NCBI GenBank assembly: GCA_024626585.2
Contig: JANKJI020000002.1
Span: 250,458,687-250,486,624 of the forward strand
From: Ginkgo biloba
Taxonomy: Eukaryota; Plantae; Ginkgophyta
Reading direction: 5' to 3'
DNA length: 27,938 nt
In this document: positions 13,198 to 24,086 of the stretch, one piece after another
Layout: every line of letters begins with the position of its first letter
Position numbering within the stretch: position 1 is the stretch's first letter
Notes under the pieces: model-generated
Told to the model about the DNA's origin: nothing
What the model saw: the letters and a program-made list of their open reading frames with translations, nothing else
Database searches by the model: none
Translations under genes and position numbers: made by a program

Positions 13198-13480
13198 TGT
13201 AATACAATCAGGGTGCCAAGCACCTTCCGTTGGCATGAGGACTGTCTATGGGATTGAATAGAGTGGGTAACCAAACCTCTAGCGCATAAAATGCAATTGT
13301 CAACCCCCAACAACTATCAAAGATCCTTTGGAATCCACCCCTCAACCCTGCTTGGCCAAGGATGCTAGGTATAGTCTTATTAGGCCTTTTTGACATCAGG
13401 ATAATCTCTTAGTCAAGAGAGCTATCCACCTGTATTGATAGTTATGTGGTTTCTAGCATAAACCCTAGGTTTACACCAAT
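13198..13480. repeat. Dispersed LTR-like repeat family, copy B
   Basis: Starts TGTAAT directly after purine-rich AGTAGGAATAGGGA (PPT-like). CAAACCTCTAGCGCATAAAATGCAATTGTCAAC aligns to CAAACCTATAATGCATAAATTCTAATTATCAAC at ~16445. Confidence 0.65.
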
Positions 13481-14339
13481 AGCCCTAGACTAAAAACCCT
13501 ACCAATTTTCACTGCTGCACCTATTGACCAAGAATGTATGATTGCAACAACGACCATGCCCTATTGAATACTGTAATAGCCCTTACACCTGAAGCCACAC
13601 CCATTGCTATAGCCGATAGAAATTAGCACAGGTATCCACTTGGTTGCAATTAGCACATAGCCACCATCAGTATGTCCAATCATATCTATGAAAAGAGAGG
13701 TGCCCTAGACCAAGGCTTCCGAAAATCCCCTGGAAGGTCTCCGTTTAGAGCCTAAACTACCGTGGGTCAAGTCACTAGGGTTGTTGCAATTAGAGTACGG
13801 AGTAATTTTAGAATTATAGAACAACAATCATGCTAAAATTTAAAAACATTATTGTGTCACTGTAGTGATCAAACAAATCTTAAAAATCTTATGACTAAGG
13901 GCGACCTATTCTCAAGATTCTAATCCACCCATTTAATGAGCTTAGAATGCTACAAGCAGAAAATACTAAATAGAAATCTAACTCGATTCTATTATTGCAA
14001 AAAAAAGTCTATACAGTCATTTTGAAAGTGTAAAATAAAGAGGTCCGAGTAAGAATTACTTATAGAAAGAAAGATTTACTCAAAGAGTTGAAGCAAGGAT
14101 ACTTCCTAGAATGGAAAAGAGTTGTAGGACGTCACAAATTGGGTCTCCAAAGTACAATGAATGACCTACAATAAAATTCTGGTGCTCTACTGGTTCAAAA
14201 AGGGTTCGTTGGTCCTCTAGAAGTATTATGACTTGNNNNNNNNNNNNNNNNNNNNNNNNNNNNNNNNNNNNNNNNNNNNNNNNNNNNNNNNNNNNNNNNN
14301 NNNNNNNNNNNNNNNNNNNNNNNNNNNNNNNNNNNTTGT

Positions 14340-16100
14340 GGTTTGATTCTTAGTTTGTTCGTTTTCCACCCGTGATCTTGAAGTTCACATCTAGGAGAGA
14401 AAGGTGGCTTCCTTTATAGTGTTTAGAATATCATTAGTCTATTAAAGAGCGCACTTATCTTTGATGGTGACCTTAGTAAATGCTCAATAGTCCACACACG
14501 TCATCATGGATCGATCTTTCTTCTTCACTAACGACACTGGCAAACCAAATGAAGATTTAGAGGGTCTAATGAATCCTTGATCCAACAACACTTGGATATG
14601 TTTCTCCACCTATTCCTCCTCCTCATGGCTTAAACAATAAGGCAATCTATGAGATCTTGGTGGAAGCTCAATTTAATGGTCCACTTCTTGTTCCATGGGC
14701 AATCTCTTTGGAAACTAATCAAGAAAGACATCATTGTACTCTGCCAATAAAAATGCAATCTGTTCGGGAACTTCTTTAGTCTTCTTCTCCATTGGGGGGA
14801 CTCCTCTCTCATGAACAACCCACATGCTTGACTATATGATATTCTAGCCTCTCTCTTCATTTGTACTACTGACTCTAAAGGGATTTATTGAGAGTCATGA
14901 TCCCCATCAAACATCAACTTCTTGCCCTTGTGGAAATGCATGATATGATCTTGTTGTAAAATGTGGATGTCATATTGCCATAACCATTTTTGCCCAAGGA
15001 TTGCATCATACCTTCTGATCTTCATGATGTAGAAATCCAAATAGTCTCTGTACTCTTGAATGGTGATGGGTACTTTGCTACAAAATCTTCCCAAGCTTGC
15101 ATTCCATTGCCAATTGCCAATTCAACTTTATACAAATACAAAGTCTCGTGTGCCTTCAAATTTTCCCTCATGGTGAAGTCCTCCGAAACATGGTTATGGG
15201 TACATCCATTATCCACCGAGATAGTGGCATGTTGACCATTTATTTTCTTTTGATGACAAATAATTCAACATCATTCAATCTTTCAAAAGATCTAAGACTT
15301 ACCCTTTGTGGAAGTGTCTTCTTTGATGTCTTCTCCTTGCACACTACAACAATCGCCCTTTATCCTACTTGACATTGTTTTTGTGGTGAAGGGGTGGGCA
15401 ATTCCTCTTCATGACGTCTCCTCCACATTTGAAGCACTTGATTGGTGGCTTCTTCGTTGAATTTCTTTTCCCTGATTTCGCTGAGAAGACTTAGAAAACT
15501 TGTTTTGATCAAAATTTTTACTTACTTTTTTTCTTACAGAATGACTAGTTGGAAGATGAAAAATCTTCCGTCCCTTGGAATGGCTTCTTGAATGAATCCA
15601 ATTGGTTGAATTGAGTTACTTCGACCTGTAAGGTAGTTTTCTCTACAATCTCTATGGTCTTGGGTGTGCAATCACTAACCCCATAAGATGTGGGGTTTCA
15701 ACCCATGCATAAAATGGTATGCTTTATACCTCATGGCTAAGTCCAACAACCATGTGAAGAGTGCATTCACCTTGTTATTGTATTCCTGCACAAAACCAAC
15801 TTGACTCAAGCCCCATACTTGGGTAGAGGCTTTCTGCATCGTGTTTTAGGGNNNNNNNNNNNNNNNNNNNNNNNNNNNNTCAGGTAGTCATAGTCCGAAA
15901 TTTGCATATTCTTTAGTTGCTTTACATTTCATAGTAGCTCCTATTTCCTTCTGGATCGTTTATGCTTTGGTTTGTGATCTTTAGATTCCTTGGATGTCAT
16001 GCTCTCTAATTTTGAAAGATTCTTCAACTCTTCCTCTTCTTGCTTCGGCCTAGGTTCCTTAGTGAGCTCCATCTCCTCTCTTTTCCTTCTTCGCTCATAA
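14340..16100 (-). mobile_element. Degenerate, 3'-truncated Ty3/gypsy gag-protease-RT
   Basis: Gag region (~15600-16100), knuckle IKCFKCGGDVMKRNCP (~15396-15443), protease VDNGCTHNHVS (ORF 15022..15216) and YDAILGQKWL (ORF 14885..15094), RT start PSKSSFGLPVSLVKKKDRSMMTCVDY (~14487-14565). No RNase H or integrase seen. Confidence 0.9.
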
Positions 16101-16389
16101 GATTTTGTTTNNNNNNNNNNNNNNNNNNNNNNNNNNNNNNNNNNNNNNNNNNNNNNNNNNNNNNNNNNNNNNNNNNNNNNNNNNNNNNNNNNNNNNNNNN
16201 NNNNNNNNNNNNNNNNNNNNNNNNNNNNNNNNNNNNNNNNNNNNNNNNNNNNNNNNNNNNNNNNNNNNNNNNNNNNNNNNNNNNNNNNNNNNNNNNNNNN
16301 NNNNNNNNNNNNNNNNNNNNNNNNNNNNNNNNNNNNNNNNNNNNNNNNNNNNNNNNNNNNNNNNNNNNNNNNNNNNNNNNNNNNNNNNN

Positions 16390-16610
16390 CGCAACCACTG
16401 TTGACCATCAGAGACCACCTAAAGGGGCTTACCTAGATACCAAGCAAACCTATAATGCATAAATTCTAATTATCAACACCAAGCAACCTCCCTACTTGAT
16501 TCCATCCCTTATAGCTAATAAGAGTGCCAAGTGTGGGTCTATTTTCAATCCCTCTTTGACACTACGATTATCTCTCAATAAGATAGCCACCCCATTGACA
16601 ATATCATGCA
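16390..16610. repeat. Dispersed LTR-like repeat family, copy C
   Basis: Blocks CCTAAAGGGGCTTA, CAAACCTATAATGCATAAA and CTCTTTGACACTACGATTATCTCTC align to copies A and B. The start is hidden in the N run. Confidence 0.65.
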
Positions 16611-18044
16611 TACAAGAATACTAATTGCAAACATAAGTGTGAGCAAATATCCACATGTGCACAGAAACATATACCAATGCAAATCAATCTAAGAAGTACA
16701 ACACACTATGAGTCCTAGCACACCTCATAGCACTGTCACATCTTCTAAGGGTTCTCATGGTGCTAGCCCTACCCTCATTTTTATAGTTTATCCAAATAAA
16801 TAATAAATGTTCACTAGGGATAGCACTTGTATGGTTCCCAAGTTGGACAAAAATACATAAATGCATTTGTATAGCCATTGCTATACCCTAGAGTTTTCCT
16901 TAGGGGATTTCTTTCTAGAATAAGTTGTCCCCTACATTGGCTACTAGGGTTAATAAGCCATCTAGTGGTCAAAATGTCTCATCTTAGCCTTTGTGAAACC
17001 TGTGACTTGCTTCAGGGGGTCAAATAGAGTGCTACAAGTTTATAGAACTTAGTTGTTGGGTATGATAAAGCCCTGCAACTTCTTTTGGAGGTTCCTGGGG
17101 CAAATTCTCTAGTGAAGCTTTTGTCCAATACTTGCAATCAAATTGCATGCCTTGTAGAATAGATTTTTGAGTACTTTTTAAGATAAAATATCCCCCATAA
17201 AGTCGCTATGATGATATTAGCCTAGCTTTTGCTATGTTGAAAGTAGCTATAGCAAAAAAAATGACAACTTTTGTGGTTAAGCCTCCTTGCCAGAATGCAA
17301 AAAATAACTTGTAGGATGAAAATGCCTTCCAGAAAGAGATAGAGAGATGATGTTATGGGTTGCTTAAACCCTGACAATAATTGGGACACACTCCCACATA
17401 AGGGCGAGCTTAACCTTAGCAATGCACCAAGCCCTAAGAAGCCCTCTGTGGCTTTCTACTAGCCCAAATTATTCCTTGAAGGTAAGCGCCCTCTAGGATT
17501 TTCTTTTCACAATTTTCTCTCTCTTAATATTCCCAACATTGGGTTTCATCATCATGTGCAATATCAATGATATGACCTCATCATTTAATTTAAGCTTAGA
17601 TGTGTCTTCCAAGNNNNNNNNNNNNNNNNNNNNNNNNNNNNNNNNNNNNNNNNNNNNNNNNNNNNNNNNNNNNNNNNNNNNNNNNNNNNNNNNNNNNNNN
17701 NNNNNNNNNNNNNNNNNNNNNNNNNNNNNNNNNNNNNNNNNNNNNNNNNNNNNNNNNNNNNNNNNNNNNNNNNNNNNNNNNNNNNNNNNNNNNNNNNNNN
17801 NNNNNNNNNNNNNNNNNNNNNNNNNNNNNNNNNNNNNNNNNNNNNNNNNNNNNNNNNNNNNNNNNNNNNNNNNNNNNNNNNNNNNNNNNNNNNNNNNNNN
17901 NNNNNNNNNNNNNNNNNNNNNNNNNNNNNNNNNNNNNNNNNNNNNNNNNNNNNNNNNNNNNNNNNNNNNNNNNNNNNNNNNNNNNNNNNNNNNNNNNNNN
18001 NNNNNNNNNNNNNNNNNNNNNNNNNNNNNNNNNNNNNNNNNNNN

Positions 18045-18490
18045 TGAATGATAATTTCTTCATTAAGCTCTGTAGAGAGGTCTACTTGAACATAGGTTCT
18101 CTTATTTGTCCTTGGATTGAAATTTCTATGATGTTCCATGGTAGCAACTATTTCTCTGAGAAACTTGCATTGTGGTTTTGGGAGCTTGAGAAATTCTATT
18201 TAAAATGGGCAGTTTTAAGGACACCTTCTTTTTAGTTGAGAGATCTTTAATCCAATGGGATAAAATCATAAGGTTTCAATTACATGTCAAGCGGCCCCTT
18301 AAAAAAAAAATACTTTAGGATTTTAAAAAACAAAGGAGTAAAAGAAATGGGCAAGTTAGCATATTGGAATTACCTTCCACCTATAAATTTCCCAAATCCC
18401 CTTAATCCAAGCTTTGAGCATAGTCTTAATAGGAGGACATCCAAGAAAATATCCAGTAAGTGTTCTAGTGGCAATATTTTTGGAAACAAA
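18045..18490 (-). mobile_element. LINE ORF1 remnant (DUF4283-like)
   Basis: RTLTGYFLGCPPIKTMLKAWIKGIW (~LIGxFxGxxPxxxxLxxWxxxxW), LMILSHWIKD and RTYVQVDLSTELNEEIII (~RxxVxVDLSxPLxxxIxI). Confidence 0.75.
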
Positions 18491-18549
18491 ATTTAATTGA
18501 TCAGGATTGATTGCAACATCAAGATATAGAGACTTACTATAACAGTCCC

Positions 18550-19300
18550 ACCCATAGTCCTATATACTATTTTAGATTAATTGCTTATAAAGATACATGA
18601 ATAATCATAGTGCCATTTAATCATAAATAAATAAATTAACAAGGAAGATCATTTATTTAAATTAAATCACAAAGCTCTGGAGAATCCATATATATAAGAC
18701 TCAAAGGCTAGACTGCTAGGGGCAAGGGAAGGTCTTGGCAACATGCATTAACAACCACTGATGGCCATGAGGACTACCTATTCAAGTCATATTCAGCACT
18801 CCATTTTTGGTGTACTATGAGTCTGAATCACAATGAAGTGGTGATCAACCTGTTTGGAACTAGTATGAGCAATTAGTAGGCAGTTGGATGGTATGCACTG
18901 GATCCAAAATATTTGAGTTTGAGATTACTTGGAAGTTTCATATTTGGAAAGGCATGACAATGAATTGTGAAGAGATAAATTTTATTTCTTTGAAATGATT
19001 GGATGACCTAAGGCTTAAGGAACTGAAGTGAATAGACTAGGCAATTGTGAAACTGGATTCAATCAGACTCCGTCAAAGTTGAGTTTGGCGTTTGATTACC
19101 GAGGTTCAAAAGAATATGGGGGTCTTAAACAACATGAAGTAGATTCGTAGCACATCGAATCTATTTGGACCTTGGATCAAGCTATTGGCTTGACATTTGA
19201 AGGATTCGTGGGTGTCAATTCTGAAGGCTCATCTGATAGAAATCCCTTCAGGTTTTTGTCTTTTGGGATGTTTGACATTGGAGATGAGAGAGAGTTGTGG
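18550..19300 (+). mobile_element. Internally deleted LINE ORF2 remnant
   Basis: LFKLNHKALENP (~18651-18686; same post-endonuclease motif as the LINE at ~4080) and the post-RT motif KEYGGL (~19119-19136). The RT core between them is not recognisable. Confidence 0.55.
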
Positions 19301-19675
19301 AAAACTGACTGTTTTCTCTGTCACTGTATATATTTTCTTAAAGTATACTAGTAGATGAGTATCTTTCAGCATACATAAGGTCCATCAGGTTTAATGTCTG
19401 CTTCTGTTTATTTCTGCAGAATTCAATTCTATTGATATCTAGACAAGCCATTATGTAATCTTTTGTTTTATATTTGAAGTCTTTTTTCCCCAAGAAGAAA
19501 ATGATGTTTTTCTTAGTGAAACATATCAAGTGGTTTTATGCATTTTATGTGGAATTATTGAGCCCTGTCATTGCATTTTGGATTGAGGTAGTATATAAGC
19601 ACCATGCAAGGTTCTGTACAGTGTTGCTATTTATTTGTGTTCCATTTCTTAAACTTGGACAATCTGCAATAACAG

Positions 19676-19810
19676 ATGGTGAAGTGCGCTGATTACTTTC
19701 CATCAGAAGAGGAGTCTAGAGTTTTTGGAAGGATACGTGTGACTAACACAAGTTTAAAAATAAGTCAGAACTCAATAGCAGTACGATTTTTGGAGGTGAA
19801 ATATAAAGAG
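19676..19810 (+). CDS. PTP1: Single internal exon of a classical (tyrosine-specific) protein tyrosine phosphatase, plant PTP1 homologue
   Basis: aacag|ATG...AAAGAG|gtaaag, 135 nt, phase 0-0, no stops. Encodes MVKCADYFPSEEESRVFGRIRVTNTSLKISQNSIAVRFLEVKYKE, colinear with recalled plant PTP1 (VKCGDYF...REFGNI...RNLEVNYKE) and containing the PTP KCxxY(W/F)P motif. No other PTP1 exon was found in readable sequence. Confidence 0.85.
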
Positions 19811-20798
19811 GTAAAGTTATATAATGACAAGACTCTCAATTTGCTGATTCATAACCAATAGATTGCCCCTGCTGGTATTTTCAGGATGCAGATTGTTTGC
19901 ACTCTTCAAATTTGGAAGTAAATCTGTTCTGTGCTTTGAATCCATTNNNNNNNNNNNNNNNNNNTTTGCATCTTTCCGTGTGTCTTTTAGATCTTAGATC
20001 TACCTTGCAGGTTTTGCCTTTTCTAGATGCGTTTTGTTCAGATTGGTGGATATTATATCAAAGATTGAATATCAGTTCAGCATAGGAAATGGCAATAGAA
20101 AAATGATGTCTATGTCTCTAGTGTTTATCTTGTTAAGATGCTAGTGGTTGCAAAAAGCTCTTGAAAATGTGGCAGTTTGCAATAGCTCTTAGACACACAA
20201 AAGTTTAAAATGTTATANNNNNNNNNNNNNNNNNNNNNNNNNNNNNNNNNNNNNNNNNNNNNNNNNNNNNNNNNNNNNNNNNNNNNNNNNNNNNNNNNNN
20301 NNNNNNNNNNNNNNNNNCTAGACCAATTGCAACAACATTCATAGAGTTTACAAGGCTCTAACCTTTGTTTGTCGCATGTTAACTCATAATGGGTCTCGAG
20401 TGCGGAGCCCACCATCAACAATGGTTTAATATTCATTCATGAAGACATACCACGCATTAATTACGGAGAAACATTAGTACACACAGATTGGAGTACAAAT
20501 ATTCATTTATTGTTCCCTAGTGATGGTACATAATGTATCTACTAGAGGATGACCTCTCACATCAAACCCTAGAAGACACATCTTGAATGTCTCATTCTCT
20601 CTCCTTTTTATTACTTTCTTTCTCTTAATAAATGAGGTGATGACGATTCATTATGAAATGTTATAATGCTAACCCTATGACCTTTCATTAAATGCTTGTG
20701 TCCTTTTGTAATGCCCTTAATTTAGATGCCCATTATATGTGCACTTGATGCACCTTTATTATCATCATTTAATGCATCATTAATGATCTAATAGATGT

Positions 20799-20941
20799 AG
20801 GTTTCTTTCTCATATGCTGATGTCATTAGGTCTTCATTAATTATAGGTTTTCTCTCATACATTGACACCATCAGGTCTTCATTAATTGCAAGTTTCTCTA
20901 TCATAAGTTGATGTTATTAGGTCTTCATTAATTGCAGGTTT
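20799..20941. repeat. Tandem repeat, ~45-46 bp unit, ~3 copies
   Basis: Invariant core AGGTCTTCATTAATT at 20828, 20873 and 20919. The intervening parts are also mutually similar (GTTTCTxTxTCATAxxxTGA). Confidence 0.9.
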
Positions 20942-21749
20942 ATTTTTAGCAATTAATGCAGGTTATTTTTGTCATATGCTTACGGTAGTTGATCTACATT
21001 GAATGTGGCTTGTACTTACTATCTTGTTGTCATAATTATTGCATTAAATACACTCCATGCGGTTGATGTCATGCGTTGTATTATAGCCTTAATTTTTTTT
21101 TTTATTTCCATGGTAAAAAGTGATTTTTCATTAATCAAATATTATACATATGGTACATTTTTAATGAACCTGGTAGTTTCGCGGGTTCGGCTATATTTAC
21201 CATAAAAACTGAAAGAACATCTCAAAACCGTGGCTCCCCCTCCACGTCATCCCGACCGGGTTGCCCTTCTGGCTATTTCTTCAAACCGCCTCCCAAGATA
21301 TCAGGGAACGTCCTTGTCACCTGCCTGGTGGCACTCCTCCCAACTGCTCTGAAACGATAAACTTCTTGCAAATGAAATCGTATTTGTCATCCACCTCTTC
21401 ATCTTCTGCCAGGTGATCGCTACCTTCCCTGAGTTCCCACTGCTTTCATGTTGTTTTTAGAAATGTTAATTGGCTGAAGCCAATCATTATCCCTCCAGCT
21501 CAGAGAATCCAGGGCTACACTCTCCTGATCTGGCCAAGGACCCCATTTAATCACAATTGGTTCCCTGTTGTACTCTCTCTTTTCTATAGAATTCAAGCGT
21601 GTAAGCTATGAAGCTCCACACCTGTCACAAAAGATTAAGAGCAAATNNNNNNNNNNNNNNNNNNNNNNNNNNNNNNNNNNNNNNNNNNNNNNNNNNNNNN
21701 NNNNNNNNNNNNNNNNNNNNNNNNNNNNNNNNNNNNNNNNNNNNNNCTA

Positions 21750-21853
21750 GTGCTTCTCTATGTGGTCATCCACTCTTATTGGTGTCCAAGAAGGATGGTT
21801 CATGGTACATGTGCATACATTATTGTGCCATCAACAAAATATTAGTGAATAAC
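21750..21853 (+). mobile_element. Short Ty3/gypsy RT fragment
   Basis: ASLCGHPLLLVSKKDGSWYMCIHYCAINKILVNN matches SPxGxPVLLVxKKDGSWRMCIDYRALNKITVKN. Confidence 0.9.
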
Positions 21854-21994
21854 TGTGGCAAGATGGTTGGCATTAAATGTCTCAGGAATCATAAATGCTT
21901 GTCTAGACGTGAGATTATTTATCTTTGAAGAGAGAAGATCTATCCACAAGCAAGGAATGTTTCATCATTCTGTTACCCTTGTTTGCTGTTCTAG

Positions 21995-22226
21995 AAGCAG
22001 GATGGTACCAAATTTGCCATGGTATTAATGATTTTTGCATGTGCCTAAGCTATATGCCTGGTTTTGATGGTTGTAAAATTTTGATTGCTAACTCATGTCA
22101 TAGGAGTATTCAATTCAATCAATGGAGTTGGTCACCGAGAATATTTGTCAATCATTGGATGGATTGTGTCACTACTTTTTCACAAACTGGAAGAGATTAC
22201 ATTTTTGTAAAGAATTCAGAGTTAAA
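21995..22226 (+). other. Putative exon pair of an unidentified gene (21995-22021 and 22104-22226) joined by an 82-nt intron
   Basis: Donor ATG|gtatta at 22022, branch-like GCTAAC with acceptor catag| at 22103, a 123-nt (3n) exon, then strong donor AA|gtaagt at 22227. Product not recognised. Confidence 0.4.
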
Positions 22227-23179
22227 GTAAGTTTTATTCTAATTAGTGAAGGAAGCAACTGCTTTGAACCCAGTGGGGCTCCCGGTGCTAGCAGAGCGCA
22301 ACAGATTGGCCGTTGTTATAATTATGTGTATCGACTCTCCTCAAGCAGGAACATGAGCCATGAACCAGTAAGAGCTTTCAGTGTACCATTTAACTTGTGT
22401 CTTTGGTTATCATGCTACTTCAACAATCTACTGGCTATTAAATGAGAGTTCTGTTGCTGGTTCATTCCATTCTGATGGTTTATATATATAGTAGTCTATT
22501 TCATATGCCTTGCCATCGTGCTTCTGGCTTGAGAGTCCTGTTGGTTATTATCCTATAACTCCCCTCGTGCTGGTGGTTCATAGATGAATTTGTTTATTGC
22601 AATGGCTAAAAGCTTAGATGTCTTCAAATGAATTTTAAATGGCTGATGGAGAGAAAGTACAAAGTGTCTTTAGATAGAGTAGGTTAAGTCTGAGAGTTTT
22701 CGATTCATTCATAACATCTATTGATGTGTGCAAACACGGCCCCTAACAGACCAGAAAACATGGCATCCATAAAGTCCCGTGTGTCTCCTATCAAACCAGG
22801 CACTCGCCATTCCATATCCGCTAAAGCATCCCCGACGTACAATTTAAATGATGAAGTCTAAGCGCTTTCATCACGAAACTTGTGGGGATATACTTAGCCT
22901 GCAGGCTAATTCCGTAATGGGACGGACCCGGGGCCCACTAGTCCACTTGGAAGGGTTTCAAATTGTGTTCTGAAAATACTATGGGTGTCAATTGACAGTT
23001 CAGAATACACAGCAGTGAAGTCCTCATACGATTCATAGTGACGAGGAGCATACCTTGCCGAAGCTTGGTTGCATTTCACATGTTGCAGCAAGAAAGAAAT
23101 TATGCCACATTTGCGTTTATGAATTCAACCTTTCCAGAGTTATTTTTACGGTTATAACTAATAAAGGGAGTGTACATAC

Positions 23180-23462
23180 CTGAGTGACATCTTCAGCAAT
23201 GTTGACGCCCTCGACCTCCGTCTCTGCCTCCAGAAACTGCCTTGGTGAGAACCGGCCAAGGCCGGTAATCTGATATATTCCTTGCATTGCCATTGCCATT
23301 TAATGGGTTGAAATGACATCCAATGCATGGAGACCGTTTCTTGTGTATAGAGGGAACTGAAAGATGGCTAAAAGTGGGTGCGCTGCATATATGCAGGGCT
23401 GGAGCGTCCATCACCCCAGGCCTTGGGCGAGGACGAACTTGAGCTCGCAATGCCATTGCCAT
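23180..23462 (-). pseudogene. Exon 1 of an organellar cysteine synthase / O-acetylserine(thiol)lyase (OAS-TL), frameshifted and apparently orphan
   Basis: gccATGG start at 23462, transit-peptide-like sequence ending VLTKAVS, then in a shifted frame EAETEVEGVNIAEDVTQ|gtatgt. This matches plant OAS-TL KAVS...EGLNIAEDVTQ with the conserved phase-0 intron before LIGKTP. The exon is 283 nt (3n+1) with the shift at ~23231. Exon 2 onward was not found in readable sequence. Confidence 0.88.
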
Positions 23463-23668
23463 GGCTTACACTGCTGCAGGGCTGCTTATACTATCTGTAT
23501 TTTAGTAATTTATAGTCTGCATGGGGTTGGGAGGGATTGCTTTTTATTGCCGTCTAGTGAGGGTGGTCACATGGATGAAGGCTCTAACGGATCCATAACT
23601 TGTTTAAGCGCGCTTCCAAGCCACAAAGTTTTGCAAGCACTTTCAAGATTTTTAATTTGAATTGTTAG

Positions 23669-23680
23669 AATGACGTGTCA
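23669..23680. promoter_or_regulatory. ACGT-core bZIP site (ABRE-like TGACGTGTC) upstream of the OAS-TL fragment
   Basis: ATGACGTGTCAT about 210 nt 5' of the OAS-TL ATG. Motif match only. Confidence 0.3.
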
Positions 23681-23934
23681 TAGGGTTCCTTTTGCAAGCA
23701 TACGAGTGTTATTGGTGTTTAATCTATGAAATTGTATGGTATGCGAATGTGGCTCTAGGTTGATACCTAAAATGGTATATGATAAAGAATTTTGTTTTCA
23801 AAAGTTCACTTATTTTAATTTTTTCATCGTTGGGTTACATTGTTTATTGGCCAATCTTATCTTATATTACTAAAATTCTATTGTCTGATCACTTTTTCTT
23901 TTTTTTTCTTTTACATATTTTTTTCACATTTTTC

Positions 23935-23971
23935 TTACACGTGTAAAAATATGCAAGACATTCATTACTAG
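23935..23971 (+). mobile_element. Putative Helitron 3' terminus (eroded hairpin + CTAG followed by T)
   Basis: T-rich tract, then CACGTGT-AAAA-ATATGCA (23938-23955), in which every mismatch is a C>T or G>A change from CGCGTGT-AAAA-ACACGCG, then a 12-nt spacer AGACATTCATTA and CTAG|T (23968-23972). No 5' TC end or Rep/helicase identified. Confidence 0.5.
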
Positions 23972-24071
23972 TTTAGGGTGGGTCCCTCTTATGACATATG
24001 GTTATCATATTTTGAAGGATCAAAAGATTTACAAGACCAAAGTGGACAAAACAACTTGCTTAGCTATGAAA

Positions 24072-24086
24072 AGAAGGTTCTAGAAT
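24072..24086. promoter_or_regulatory. Perfect three-unit heat-shock element
   Basis: aGAAggTTCtaGAAt fits nGAAnnTTCnnGAAn, about 300 nt upstream of the HSP90 ATG. A second, degenerate array GAAgcCTCtaGAA lies at 24180-24192. Confidence 0.8.

Noticed and set aside
18558-18580. TCCTATATACTA as the Helitron 5' end
   Set aside because: Preceded by G rather than A and appears to lie within the LINE remnant.
19548-19590. GIIEPCHCILD* resembling OAS-TL EIMEPCCSVKDR
   Set aside because: Opposite strand to exon 1, has a stop, and lacks the preceding exon 2 residues. Likely chance.
20799-20941. CRISPR-like repeat-spacer pattern
   Set aside because: The spacers resemble one another, the core is only 15 bp, the context is eukaryotic and there are no cas genes.
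22710-22794. Minus-strand LIGDTRDFM... as OAS-TL exon 2 (expected LIGKTPMVYL)
   Set aside because: No AG acceptor before it and no similarity beyond LIG.
22906-23091. 61-aa minus-strand ORF downstream of OAS-TL exon 1
   Set aside because: Lies in the intron relic, with no recognisable homology or convincing acceptor.
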